A program made the translations under genes and the position numbers. Shown piece after piece: positions 20,430 to 28,756 of a DNA stretch of 64,000 nt. Origin of the DNA: Microgenomates group bacterium GW2011_GWC1_46_15 (GTDB lineage Bacteria > Patescibacteriota > Microgenomatia > UBA1400 > UBA12028). The DNA is taken from assembly GCA_001002285.1 (NCBI GenBank), contig LCLX01000001.1, positions 30 to 64,029 on the forward strand, given 5' to 3'. Within the stretch, counting starts at the first letter, position 1; each line of letters starts with the position of its first letter. The notes beneath the pieces are model-generated. The model saw only the letters and a program-made list of their open reading frames with translations, was not told where the DNA came from and made no database searches.

Positions 20430-21434
20430 TTATTGCGTAACCGCAGTGGTGATAATTTCGATGTGAGTGGGAAGCCCCTGTGCATTTTTTGCCGTTCCAC
20501 CAAAGCGGTAATAGGGAATATATGTTTGATCGGATGAAGTAAAACGGTACTCAATGTGTACAGAGTCAAACACAGCTTCGGTAAGAGCGCTAAGTGATAA
20601 AACATTTCCACCAACGATAGCAGAAGAAACAACTGTTCCTTTTCCACCCCGCAAGTTTTCAAGAGCCTGATTCATAGAAAGAGGAGTAATGTTTTTATCT
20701 TGTGTGGGTTGTGGTGGAACTATACTAAACTTCAGCTTTGCAATAGTCCCATCTGAACGAACAAAGGCCAATGCGGTTGGAGCAATTGTGCTTTCAAAGA
20801 AAACAGGGTATTCGTTGAGTGAAAATATAAAAGGAATGCTTGCAAGGTTTGCAACGATCCGATCTGCTTTTTCAAGATCATGTGTTTCTAAGAAAAATAA
20901 TGTATTTTTTCTATCAGGCAACAGGTGTTCTGTGTTAAAACCCAAAGAAGCAAGAAGGATTTCGGCGTTTTGAATACTGTTTGTAAATGTTTGTTCCAAC
21001 TGAAAGGTTGTTTTTGACGGCGATCCTCCTTGGCGGGAATACTCGACAGAACGGGAAACTTTGCTGTATGAAATTTCTTCCTGCGTTGATGGATTTGTCC
21101 ATACTCCCGCGTATGTTCCGGGTGGAAGAGCAAGTTTTTTAGCAAGAGCGGAAGCAAACTCTTCTGGTAACTGAGTTTTTCCGCTGGTATATGTTGCAAG
21201 TGTTAGGGGAAGAGTTGGCGCTGTTCCGGTGAAAGAAAATGATTGTATTGAAAGTTTTGGAACAATAGCAGGAATGTTTTGTTCAGCGCCTTCGGGCAGG
21301 GTGGGTTTTTTAGAACGTGAAAAGAGCACAAACCCAATGGCGAGCACCATGATAACAATACATAGAATAATCCAAGATGATTTTTTTGAAAAAGTGAAGT
21401 TCATAATGTACTCGTATTGTATCCCGGATCGCAT
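20430..21434 (-). CDS. hypothetical membrane-anchored protein (T4SS-like operon)
   Basis: 334 aa, N-terminal TM, no known motif; overlaps upstream gene by 34 nt (operonic). Confidence 0.35.
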   Translation of the reverse strand: MRSGIQYEYIMNFTFSKKSSWIILCIVIMVLAIGFVLFSRSKKPTLPEGAEQNIPAIVPKLSIQSFSFTGTAPTLPLTLATYTSGKTQLPEEFASALAKKLALPPGTYAGVWTNPSTQEEISYSKVSRSVEYSRQGGSPSKTTFQLEQTFTNSIQNAEILLASLGFNTEHLLPDRKNTLFFLETHDLEKADRIVANLASIPFIFSLNEYPVFFESTIAPTALAFVRSDGTIAKLKFSIVPPQPTQDKNITPLSMNQALENLRGGKGTVVSSAIVGGNVLSLSALTEAVFDSVHIEYRFTSSDQTYIPYYRFGGTAKNAQGLPTHIEIITTAVTQ

Positions 21435-24400
21435 TTCGACCGAACTTCTCCATCCATTATTGGTGGTTCCTGGACGATTTCATCACGGTATGCCCCGTGA
21501 ACCTCATAGTGTACGTGTGGCCCCGTTGAATGGCCGCTACTATTTACCGTTCCAATAACGTCTCCAATAGAAACAGAAGCCTCTGTCCCCGCACCAAAGT
21601 TACCAAAATCGTTGAGGTGTCCAAAGAAAAACACGAGATCTTTTCCGTTTATTGTTGACTTAAGGATGACGTGGTTTCCGTACCCACAATCTATGCCGAA
21701 TGCACTAGCAATACTACAAATTCCAAATCCTTCTGGGTAAAATGTTGCAACTCCGGGATACGGAGCGTATACCGGAGCACCCGTTGGCGCACCAATGTCA
21801 ATCGCTTGTCCACCAAGTCCTGGTCCTACACCACACACATTTTGCCCGGAAAGCCCCGTTTCACACCCATGATGAACGCCGTGAGTGCCACCACCGAGCC
21901 GTGAAGAATAAACATCGAGTCCATTCACTTGTCCGCTCGTTGGCCAGCATCCCTGATTACCAACTCCAGTTGCGTATATTGCAGAACGAATACTGCCTTC
22001 TACTGATGTTTGAAATGCCAACTGCCGTTGTTGTTGTGTAAGTGCCCCCCATCCCAAAACTCCAAGCCCTGTTGTGGCGACAACCGCTCCGGAGAATCCG
22101 CCGACCGTTCCAAGCCCCGCGCTTAACTGAGTCATAAAAGATGAAAATCCGGCACCAAGCCCAGTGAAAAATTTTGTTAGTCCACCTAGGGCCCATTTTC
22201 CAACAGCAGCAAAAAGATTTTTTGTTACTCCAAGGAGACCCGAAAGATTTGCGACTCCTTGTGAAAAAAACCACTTTGCTCCTTGCCAAATTGCCCATCC
22301 AATAAGACCCAAAATAAGTGCGATCGCGGCCATAATACCGGCAAGGATCGCGAGCAACAACTTGAGTTGTTTCCCAGTCATCTCAACAAGCTTGTTGTAT
22401 GCGTCTTGAATAATTGGGCCAAGAACTGGAATTTGCGAAGCAATTTGAATAACTTGGTTGAGTTTTTCAATGGCGGCAGCGGCTTCAGGTCCAAGAACGC
22501 CAGCGGCTAATATCGTAAGCACAAATTGACCCAACTGCCGGTCAAGATTGTTTTTATCCTGCGCGCCAGTAAACATTGGCGAGTTTTGTCCGGCAGAAAA
22601 TCCCTCACCCATGAATTCGCTCAACGCGCTTCCGGCCTCAAACAGCCCATCGTCACCGATATTTTGAAGATACAAAAACTGCACAAAATCCTGGCTCACG
22701 CCGTACTGCATAAAAAGCTGGTACAGCTGAGTTGTTTTCTCTTTTTGATGAAGCTGTTTCCATACCGTTGCAGAAAACGGTGTCGTAGGCGCGAATTGAT
22801 TCACTAAGTATTCCTGTATGCCTTGTGGTTGGCCAAGAAAATTCTGTATATGTTGATTGAGGGTTCCGCGGAAACGAGCACCGGCCTGATTTGGCTGAGG
22901 GGAAGTGCCATACAATCCCGCGGCAACCTCCTTAAATCCGAACGCCTGCAGCGCTTTTTCAACACCTAGCGTTACTTGCGGCCGCACCCCGTGTGTGGGA
23001 TCGGCATACAATACGCCGTTTTGATGCGTGAGCGCATAGATTTGTTGGCGGTGCGCGGAAATATAATGCAAAAAGAATGACTGCCAAGAGAATGCTTGCA
23101 CTCCGGCGGCTTTTGCGCGTGCGATCTCGGCCTCAAGATTTCTTTGTATCGTTGGACTTTGAAAAAGATCACTAAACAACCGTTCAAACGCTTTTTCATC
23201 CATCCGATCAACATTTGCTCGTGTAATTGCCAACGCTTTAAGTCGCAAAAGTACACCGTTAATATCTTGTTCGGGCACATGAATAGTTGTTAAAAATGTG
23301 CGGAGGTTTTTTTCAAGTGAGTCGGTATATGCCTCAGACGAGCGGATATCGGAGCCCGCTTTTTGATTAAACTCCGCGATTTTTTGAAGATTTGCTTCAA
23401 GCTCTTTACCATTTTCTTGATTTTTTAAAACGCCGCTGAATGTTGCGTTATCAATATTCTGTGCGATGGTTGCGGGTGTAATGGAGGCAAACTGCTGGGC
23501 AAACCGCTTTTTTGCCTGCACCTTGTTTTCAAACAATTTTCCATTTGTGGAGTTGAGCGCATCGAATAGCGCGTCTTGGAATGATCTCTTTGTTTGCGCG
23601 CGAATCATGATATCGCGGAACAACCGAAGTCGGGCGCCCGTTTTTCCAACATCTTCTGGCCGGAGTTTTTGCAGTTCAAGCAAAATAAATGGATATAACT
23701 CGTCGCGCGACTTAAAAAATGTGTTACGGAATACCACAAACTGCTGGTCATTTACACCATACGAAGCAGCGATACCACGAAGCACCGCCTCACGGATGCG
23801 TTCAGCCTCTTTGAGATACGCAATGTTAAACTTGTCGACGTCTTGCGCACGCGCATACAGGTCTTTATCAATAGGCTGGGGCGGTTTTTGTTCCTCCTGT
23901 TTCTTTTTCTCCTTTTCCTCCTTCTCTTTCTTCTTGTCTTTTTCGATGATGGGAATTGGAATACCAGCACCACCGCTAGTTTCTCCTTGTGCCTTCACAA
24001 CTTCTTCTGCAGTCTCTTCCTCTTTTTTGAGTTCTTCTATCGCCCCAATGGGCAAAACGATTGACTGCGCTTCTTCCAAACACGCAACCAGCAACGCCGC
24101 ATCATCAATGTCATTCTGCTTGCGCGCCGGCGTATATCCCTCAAGTTTTACCGCGCCAAATCGCGCGCTTTGCGCCCGTTCATTAAATACTTGCTGCTTA
24201 TGAAAAATGTCGAGATCAAACTCTTCGGGAATTTGCAGGCGAATGGTAATCAGCAAACTCAAGAGTTTATTGAGTGAAATATGATATCCGCCATCACTGT
24301 CCGGTGTTACGGCGAGCTCGGCGAGCAGAACATCGCGCCCCGCATTTGTCTGAAGCTCATGCAAGAGATGTGCCGCATTCTCAATATCGCGCTGAGAAAA

Positions 24401-24508
24401 CGGAACTTTTTGCAAGCGGTACACAACACTCTGAAGCTTGTGATTTGTAAGCCGTACTTCTGGAAAAAACTTTCGCGCAGCGTCTGCCATATCCGTATTG
24501 TATCTCAA
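21401..24508 (-). CDS. large multi-TM protein with C-terminal M23 (LytM-like) peptidoglycan peptidase domain; probable T4SS cell-wall hydrolase (PrgK/VirB1 functional analogue)
   Basis: 1035 aa; K/E-rich coiled region, Gly-rich TM bundle, C-terminal GYGNHVILKS...GHL...GTVNSSGHSTGPHVHYEV (M23 HxxxD/HxH motifs). Confidence 0.7.
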   Translation of the reverse strand: MRYNTDMADAARKFFPEVRLTNHKLQSVVYRLQKVPFSQRDIENAAHLLHELQTNAGRDVLLAELAVTPDSDGGYHISLNKLLSLLITIRLQIPEEFDLDIFHKQQVFNERAQSARFGAVKLEGYTPARKQNDIDDAALLVACLEEAQSIVLPIGAIEELKKEEETAEEVVKAQGETSGGAGIPIPIIEKDKKKEKEEKEKKKQEEQKPPQPIDKDLYARAQDVDKFNIAYLKEAERIREAVLRGIAASYGVNDQQFVVFRNTFFKSRDELYPFILLELQKLRPEDVGKTGARLRLFRDIMIRAQTKRSFQDALFDALNSTNGKLFENKVQAKKRFAQQFASITPATIAQNIDNATFSGVLKNQENGKELEANLQKIAEFNQKAGSDIRSSEAYTDSLEKNLRTFLTTIHVPEQDINGVLLRLKALAITRANVDRMDEKAFERLFSDLFQSPTIQRNLEAEIARAKAAGVQAFSWQSFFLHYISAHRQQIYALTHQNGVLYADPTHGVRPQVTLGVEKALQAFGFKEVAAGLYGTSPQPNQAGARFRGTLNQHIQNFLGQPQGIQEYLVNQFAPTTPFSATVWKQLHQKEKTTQLYQLFMQYGVSQDFVQFLYLQNIGDDGLFEAGSALSEFMGEGFSAGQNSPMFTGAQDKNNLDRQLGQFVLTILAAGVLGPEAAAAIEKLNQVIQIASQIPVLGPIIQDAYNKLVEMTGKQLKLLLAILAGIMAAIALILGLIGWAIWQGAKWFFSQGVANLSGLLGVTKNLFAAVGKWALGGLTKFFTGLGAGFSSFMTQLSAGLGTVGGFSGAVVATTGLGVLGWGALTQQQRQLAFQTSVEGSIRSAIYATGVGNQGCWPTSGQVNGLDVYSSRLGGGTHGVHHGCETGLSGQNVCGVGPGLGGQAIDIGAPTGAPVYAPYPGVATFYPEGFGICSIASAFGIDCGYGNHVILKSTINGKDLVFFFGHLNDFGNFGAGTEASVSIGDVIGTVNSSGHSTGPHVHYEVHGAYRDEIVQEPPIMDGEVRSKCDPGYNTSTL

Positions 24509-24514
24509 ACATGA

Positions 24515-26293
24515 TTACGAGATTGAAGAAAAAGAGGCGGACATCACCCGATTGAGAGGAAGAAGGGTGGATTGAATAAGCTCGCTCGCTCCAACGCGGC
24601 CAAACTGAAAAAAATCTGTTGCGGTTGGATCAGAAAACTCCCCGGCCCCCGTTGTTGTGCGCGAATCATCAGCAAAACTATTCTTTTCCCACGTCAGCTC
24701 GCACCGCCAACACACACCGCACTCACCAACAAAGTCTGTGTTTCCGCACGCGACACATGTTCCTTGTTTGAAGTTCTGGTCAAACCGTTCTTTGCCGATC
24801 AACTGCGCAATTTGATCCTTAGTAAACACGTGGCCACGGTCTTTAATCGCGGTAAACAACTCAGCCGAACCCATGCTCGGCAACCCAAGCCCCTGCATAA
24901 ATGAGGTGCTGTTTGCCATTTCGGTAAACCGCGTGAGTCCGCCAAAACTTCCAACCGTACAATCTAAACCAGAGTACATGCGGGATAAAACATTTCCCAT
25001 AGAAGGAGCCTTTTCAACCAAAGAGAGAAGATGAGTATTGCGTTGTTTCTGTAGTTGAATATCTGTCGTGTGGGCAGAGCGGTTTTCTGGATTAAAACTT
25101 TCTGTATATTGTGCGAGTGCTGCTTGAGTATCAAATGTTTTTTTCTTGTGCAGAAACGTATTCATGACGATGTCGAGGGCAACACGATTGAGGACGAACT
25201 CCCGCGTGTGATCAATGATGCCGTGCGCGCGGAGACGTTCAAACCGCGCATATTCTTCCAATAATACCGTCGAAATATACTCTGTGGCAGATTGAATAAC
25301 TGGAGACAGTTCAGAAAACTGACCAAGCGCAGTTTGTTGTTCTATAAAAAGTTGTTTGAATTTTTCATGCGATTGGAGCTGGGCAATCATCTCGCCAAAA
25401 AACTCCATCGCTCCTAAGGGCTGATAGTGTGAATCAACTGTAAAGACGGTATTCATAATATCGTTTTCGGTTGGCCGCACTGCAGAATCTTTTTGAGCAA
25501 ACTGCAGTGCCCGCACTTGTTCTTCATGCCCAAGCCGATTAAGGTATTGATGAATCAATACAACTCGCTGTTTTCCTTCAGGAAGCCAGGGAACATATAC
25601 CTCTTGCCACACATTCCAAAATGCTGTTTTCCCGGGATACACATCAAGATTTTGTGGAAGAACAAAAAAATGTTTGGGCCCAACAAGTGGCCGGCGCGTT
25701 TCATCTACATGTTTTTGCAAATCAATGTCATGAGGGAGGGCGCCTTCATATGGGACAAGGCCCGCCGGGATTGTCTCTCCATCTACATATTCTAGAAGCG
25801 CATGTGGACATATAGTATTGAACTCCTGAATAACTGTAGCAACACGTTCAACCTGTTTTTTTTCCAGAACAAACCGCGCGCGATATTCCGCATTTGCCGC
25901 GTGTTCAACCGCCCGCGCGCTTAAATCACGCAAATCATCATTTCCGTGATCCGGACTCAGGAGGCGCAACGCCCCATCTTCTTGTGGTTCGATAGTAAGA
26001 TAGCGCTGATCGTATACGGGAAAGCCAAGAATTTCTTTGAGTGCGTCGGTAAGTTGACGGCCGACAATTGCAGAAAGTTCAAACTTGATCTTTTCATATC
26101 TTTGTTGCGGTGACTCATGTTCGTATTTTTTGAAAAGATTGGGAAGAATGTAATCAAACACGTGGGAAAGGTTGAAGTGAGCGGCAACTTCGTGATTATT
26201 TTGTTGTCGTTTGGGCTGTTCAAATAGTTCCGATTGTCCAAATTGGTTGCGTTGATCAAACTGAATAGACTCAATAGTAGTGGTGCGCGCCAT
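24515..26293 (-). CDS. hypothetical protein with C-terminal zinc-ribbon (CxxC...CxxC)
   Basis: 592 aa; CVACGNTDFVGECGVCWRCE near C-terminus; first gene of minus-strand T4SS-like operon. Confidence 0.4.
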   Translation of the reverse strand: MARTTTIESIQFDQRNQFGQSELFEQPKRQQNNHEVAAHFNLSHVFDYILPNLFKKYEHESPQQRYEKIKFELSAIVGRQLTDALKEILGFPVYDQRYLTIEPQEDGALRLLSPDHGNDDLRDLSARAVEHAANAEYRARFVLEKKQVERVATVIQEFNTICPHALLEYVDGETIPAGLVPYEGALPHDIDLQKHVDETRRPLVGPKHFFVLPQNLDVYPGKTAFWNVWQEVYVPWLPEGKQRVVLIHQYLNRLGHEEQVRALQFAQKDSAVRPTENDIMNTVFTVDSHYQPLGAMEFFGEMIAQLQSHEKFKQLFIEQQTALGQFSELSPVIQSATEYISTVLLEEYARFERLRAHGIIDHTREFVLNRVALDIVMNTFLHKKKTFDTQAALAQYTESFNPENRSAHTTDIQLQKQRNTHLLSLVEKAPSMGNVLSRMYSGLDCTVGSFGGLTRFTEMANSTSFMQGLGLPSMGSAELFTAIKDRGHVFTKDQIAQLIGKERFDQNFKQGTCVACGNTDFVGECGVCWRCELTWEKNSFADDSRTTTGAGEFSDPTATDFFQFGRVGASELIQSTLLPLNRVMSASFSSIS

Positions 26294-26296
26294 AAA

Positions 26297-26321
26297 AACC
26301 CCTCTTGAGGAGGGGATAATG
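26297..26321 (-). terminator. rho-independent terminator-like hairpin (CCCCTCCTCAAGAGGGG + T5 on minus strand)
   Basis: Perfect GC-rich stem followed by TTTTT on the minus strand, immediately 5' of the 592-aa gene start. Confidence 0.45.
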
Positions 26322-26607
26322 TTTCAACCAAGCGCACTCGCGTGCGTGTGCATCTCCCTCGCTCGGAGATCAACACAATGTCTCGTTCCTGACTTTCGAG
26401 GCTAGGGGTTGCGTTGTCGCTTTTACCACCAGCGCTCGATTCACAGTTGCGGCACAGTCCGCGATTTGCACGCGGTTCCGAGTAAGAAAGAGTGTAACAT
26501 GAAAAAAGATTTGCGAAAAGTCTTACAACTCAGCCCCTCAACTTAGCCTTTCAACTCAGCCTCGCAATGTAGCCCCTTCGACTCTTGTGTGGCCACCGTA
26601 AACTACC

Positions 26608-26652
26608 ACCATAAACACACTTGACTCTATTCCCAATTGCACATATAATCAT
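26608..26652 (+). promoter_or_regulatory. consensus sigma70 promoter (TTGACT-17-TATAAT) with overlapping palindrome TGCACATATAATCATGTGCATATG (putative AbiEi autoregulatory operator)
   Basis: -35 at 26608-26613, -10 at 26631-26636, inverted repeat spanning the -10 and start codon of abiEi. Confidence 0.6.
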
Positions 26653-27303
26653 GTGCATATGGAAATAAACTATAAATCCTTGATTTCAGAAAGTACTACC
26701 CCCTTTTTTACCAGACAAAATCTAAAAATACTTTTAGGACGCAATCGACGCACAGTGGACTATCGCATCAAGTCTTTAATCAAAGACGGAATATTGGTCG
26801 CGGTGAAATCCGGATTTTATATCAATAATGTCTTGTATAAAAGCACTTCTACCCCCAAAGACATGGTTCTCTATATAGGTGGGATATTGGTGCCACAAAG
26901 TTATGTTTCTCTGGAATATGCGTTGTCTTTTTATGGTTTTTTGGCTGAGCAGGTATACACCGTCACATATATCACAACGCAAAAGACCAGAAAGTTTCAA
27001 AATAACCTTTTCAGTTTCTCGTACCGGAACATAAAACCGGCGCTGTATTGGGGATATATGAAACGCCCTTTTGGAGACTTGTCTTATCAGATGGCCAGTC
27101 CCGCCAAAGCAATGTTTGATTTTCTCTATTTGACTCCAGCGGGGACTGATCAAGCAACCAGAAATTTGTTGTTTGACTCACGATTCAATTGGGGAGCGTT
27201 CTCCGCCAAAGATAAAAAGGAATTTCAAGAGATTATAGAAAAATCCACATCAAAAAAGATGGCAAATATACTGAAATACCTGACACAGGAGAATGTTATA
27301 TGA
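26653..27303 (+). CDS. AbiEi-like antitoxin/transcriptional regulator (type IV TA / abortive infection)
   Basis: 216 aa; N-terminal wHTH-like region; 4-nt overlap with downstream AbiEii gene. Confidence 0.55.
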   Translation: MHMEINYKSLISESTTPFFTRQNLKILLGRNRRTVDYRIKSLIKDGILVAVKSGFYINNVLYKSTSTPKDMVLYIGGILVPQSYVSLEYALSFYGFLAEQVYTVTYITTQKTRKFQNNLFSFSYRNIKPALYWGYMKRPFGDLSYQMASPAKAMFDFLYLTPAGTDQATRNLLFDSRFNWGAFSAKDKKEFQEIIEKSTSKKMANILKYLTQENVI

Positions 27304-28052
27304 ACAACCAAGGCATGTATCAAAGGAATGTCATCAAAGAACGTTTGCAGGATGAAATTCTACGTTTTATCTACAACAACGATGTGTATAGCGAATTAAT
27401 TTTTACGGGGGGGACGTGTCTACGTAAAGTATATGGTCTTAATCGCTTGTCCGAAGATCTGGATTTTGATTTTTCTCCCGATGTCTCATTTGACACTAAG
27501 ATATTTGCCAAAGACGTAAGGACATATCTATCGGCGGATACCAGAATATCCGGCAATAATAATACAGTGTTTGTCAAATTCCCCGACAACATTTTTGTAC
27601 GATGTGACTTTTCCCCGATTATCTTAGGGGAATATCAAATACAAAAGAGCTTGATTATGGCTGACAATTGTCAATTTTTTGTTAATGCATATGATTTACC
27701 CACTCTTTATGCCAACAAAATAGCGGCTTTTTTAAGTAGAAACTTTTTTAAAGGAAAGTTTCAAAAAATTCCTTTCAAAGGCCGCGACATTTATGATTTG
27801 TATTGGCTCCTTCAGCTTTCGGCAAAAACAGGATACACCCTCAAACCGAACATCCCACGATTAATGGCCCTTTTGGGAAAAGATTCTTTGCTGGAAATAA
27901 AGAATTTTGTCAAAGACAAGATATGTGCAGTAGATCCGCAGTTTGTTTACAATGACCTGTCCCCGCTTATTGAATCTAAAGAGTTTTTGGATCAGTTTTT
28001 ACAAGATTTTGGGAAAACAATTGTCAATCAACTAGACTATGTTTTAACATAA
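27300..28052 (+). CDS. AbiEii/AbiGii nucleotidyltransferase toxin (DUF1814)
   Basis: LIFTGGTCLRKVYGLNRLSEDLDFDF matches GGTAL...R.SEDIDF signature of AbiEii. Confidence 0.75.
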   Translation: MNNQGMYQRNVIKERLQDEILRFIYNNDVYSELIFTGGTCLRKVYGLNRLSEDLDFDFSPDVSFDTKIFAKDVRTYLSADTRISGNNNTVFVKFPDNIFVRCDFSPIILGEYQIQKSLIMADNCQFFVNAYDLPTLYANKIAAFLSRNFFKGKFQKIPFKGRDIYDLYWLLQLSAKTGYTLKPNIPRLMALLGKDSLLEIKNFVKDKICAVDPQFVYNDLSPLIESKEFLDQFLQDFGKTIVNQLDYVLT

Positions 28053-28100
28053 AAGTAATACATATTGACAAAGTATTACTTTATATAGTAGTATTACCAC

Positions 28101-28331
28101 ATGCACACAGCAACAATAACACAAAAAGGGCAAATAACGATTCCCTTGGTCTTGAGGGAAGCCTTTGGATTAAGAGCGTACGGTAAAGCCAGGCTGGAAC
28201 AAGGAGATGGTTTCATCAAGGTATACGCGCAGGAGGACATTTTGGATTTAGTTGATACATTTGTTCCCAAAGTGAAAAAACCACTCATGAAAACCCGCGA
28301 GGCGTTTGAAAAGAAATATACGAGGTTTTAA
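28101..28331 (+). CDS. AbrB/SpoVT-type antitoxin (VapB-like)
   Basis: 76 aa; ITQKGQITIPLVLREAFGL swapped-hairpin motif; overlaps PIN gene start (ATGA). Confidence 0.65.
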   Translation: MHTATITQKGQITIPLVLREAFGLRAYGKARLEQGDGFIKVYAQEDILDLVDTFVPKVKKPLMKTREAFEKKYTRF

Positions 28332-28750
28332 TGATCTATTTTATAGATACAAACATTTTTTTGAGAGTTCTCATACGGGAAAACGAAAGCGCGTTTCAGC
28401 AGAGTAAAGCCTTTTTAGAGATGGTAAAACGCAATGTATATGACGCGGTAACAAGCACGATGGTGATTTCCGAAATAGTGTGGACTCTGGGCTCCTATTA
28501 CAAATTTCCAAAGAAAAAAGTACTACGGACAATACAAGGAATACTTCATCTCAGCGGGCTAAAAATCGTGGACGAATACGATATAAACAAATCTCTTGCA
28601 CTCTATGAATCCCACACATGTAAATACATAGACGCCATGATCGCAGGAATGCCGGGGGTACAGTCGGGCGCCTGGAACATCGTTTCCTATGATAAGGAGT
28701 TTGACAAATTGGGTGTCAAAAGAGTGGTGCCCGCAAAATTGTTGAAATAG
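28331..28750 (+). CDS. PIN-domain ribonuclease toxin (VapC-like)
   Basis: 139 aa; N-terminal FIDTNIF acidic motif, PIN-like spacing of D/E residues. Confidence 0.75.
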   Translation: MIYFIDTNIFLRVLIRENESAFQQSKAFLEMVKRNVYDAVTSTMVISEIVWTLGSYYKFPKKKVLRTIQGILHLSGLKIVDEYDINKSLALYESHTCKYIDAMIAGMPGVQSGAWNIVSYDKEFDKLGVKRVVPAKLLK

Positions 28751-28756
28751 TATTGA

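Noticed and set aside
23840-23990. Apparent simple-sequence repeat (gaaaaag/ggagga units)
   Set aside because: It encodes the K/E-rich stretch (EKEKKKQEEQK) of the M23 protein; a coding low-complexity run, not a CRISPR array or microsatellite locus.
23466-24203. 245-aa plus-strand ORF inside the M23 protein gene
   Set aside because: Antisense to a much longer, motif-bearing ORF; low-complexity Ser/Phe-rich translation typical of antisense frames of K/E-rich coding sequence.
26521-26565. Possible CRISPR-like repeats (CAACTYAGCC x3)
   Set aside because: Units are only 10 nt with 12-15-nt spacing, there are no cas genes, and there are too few copies; reported instead as short direct repeats of unknown role.
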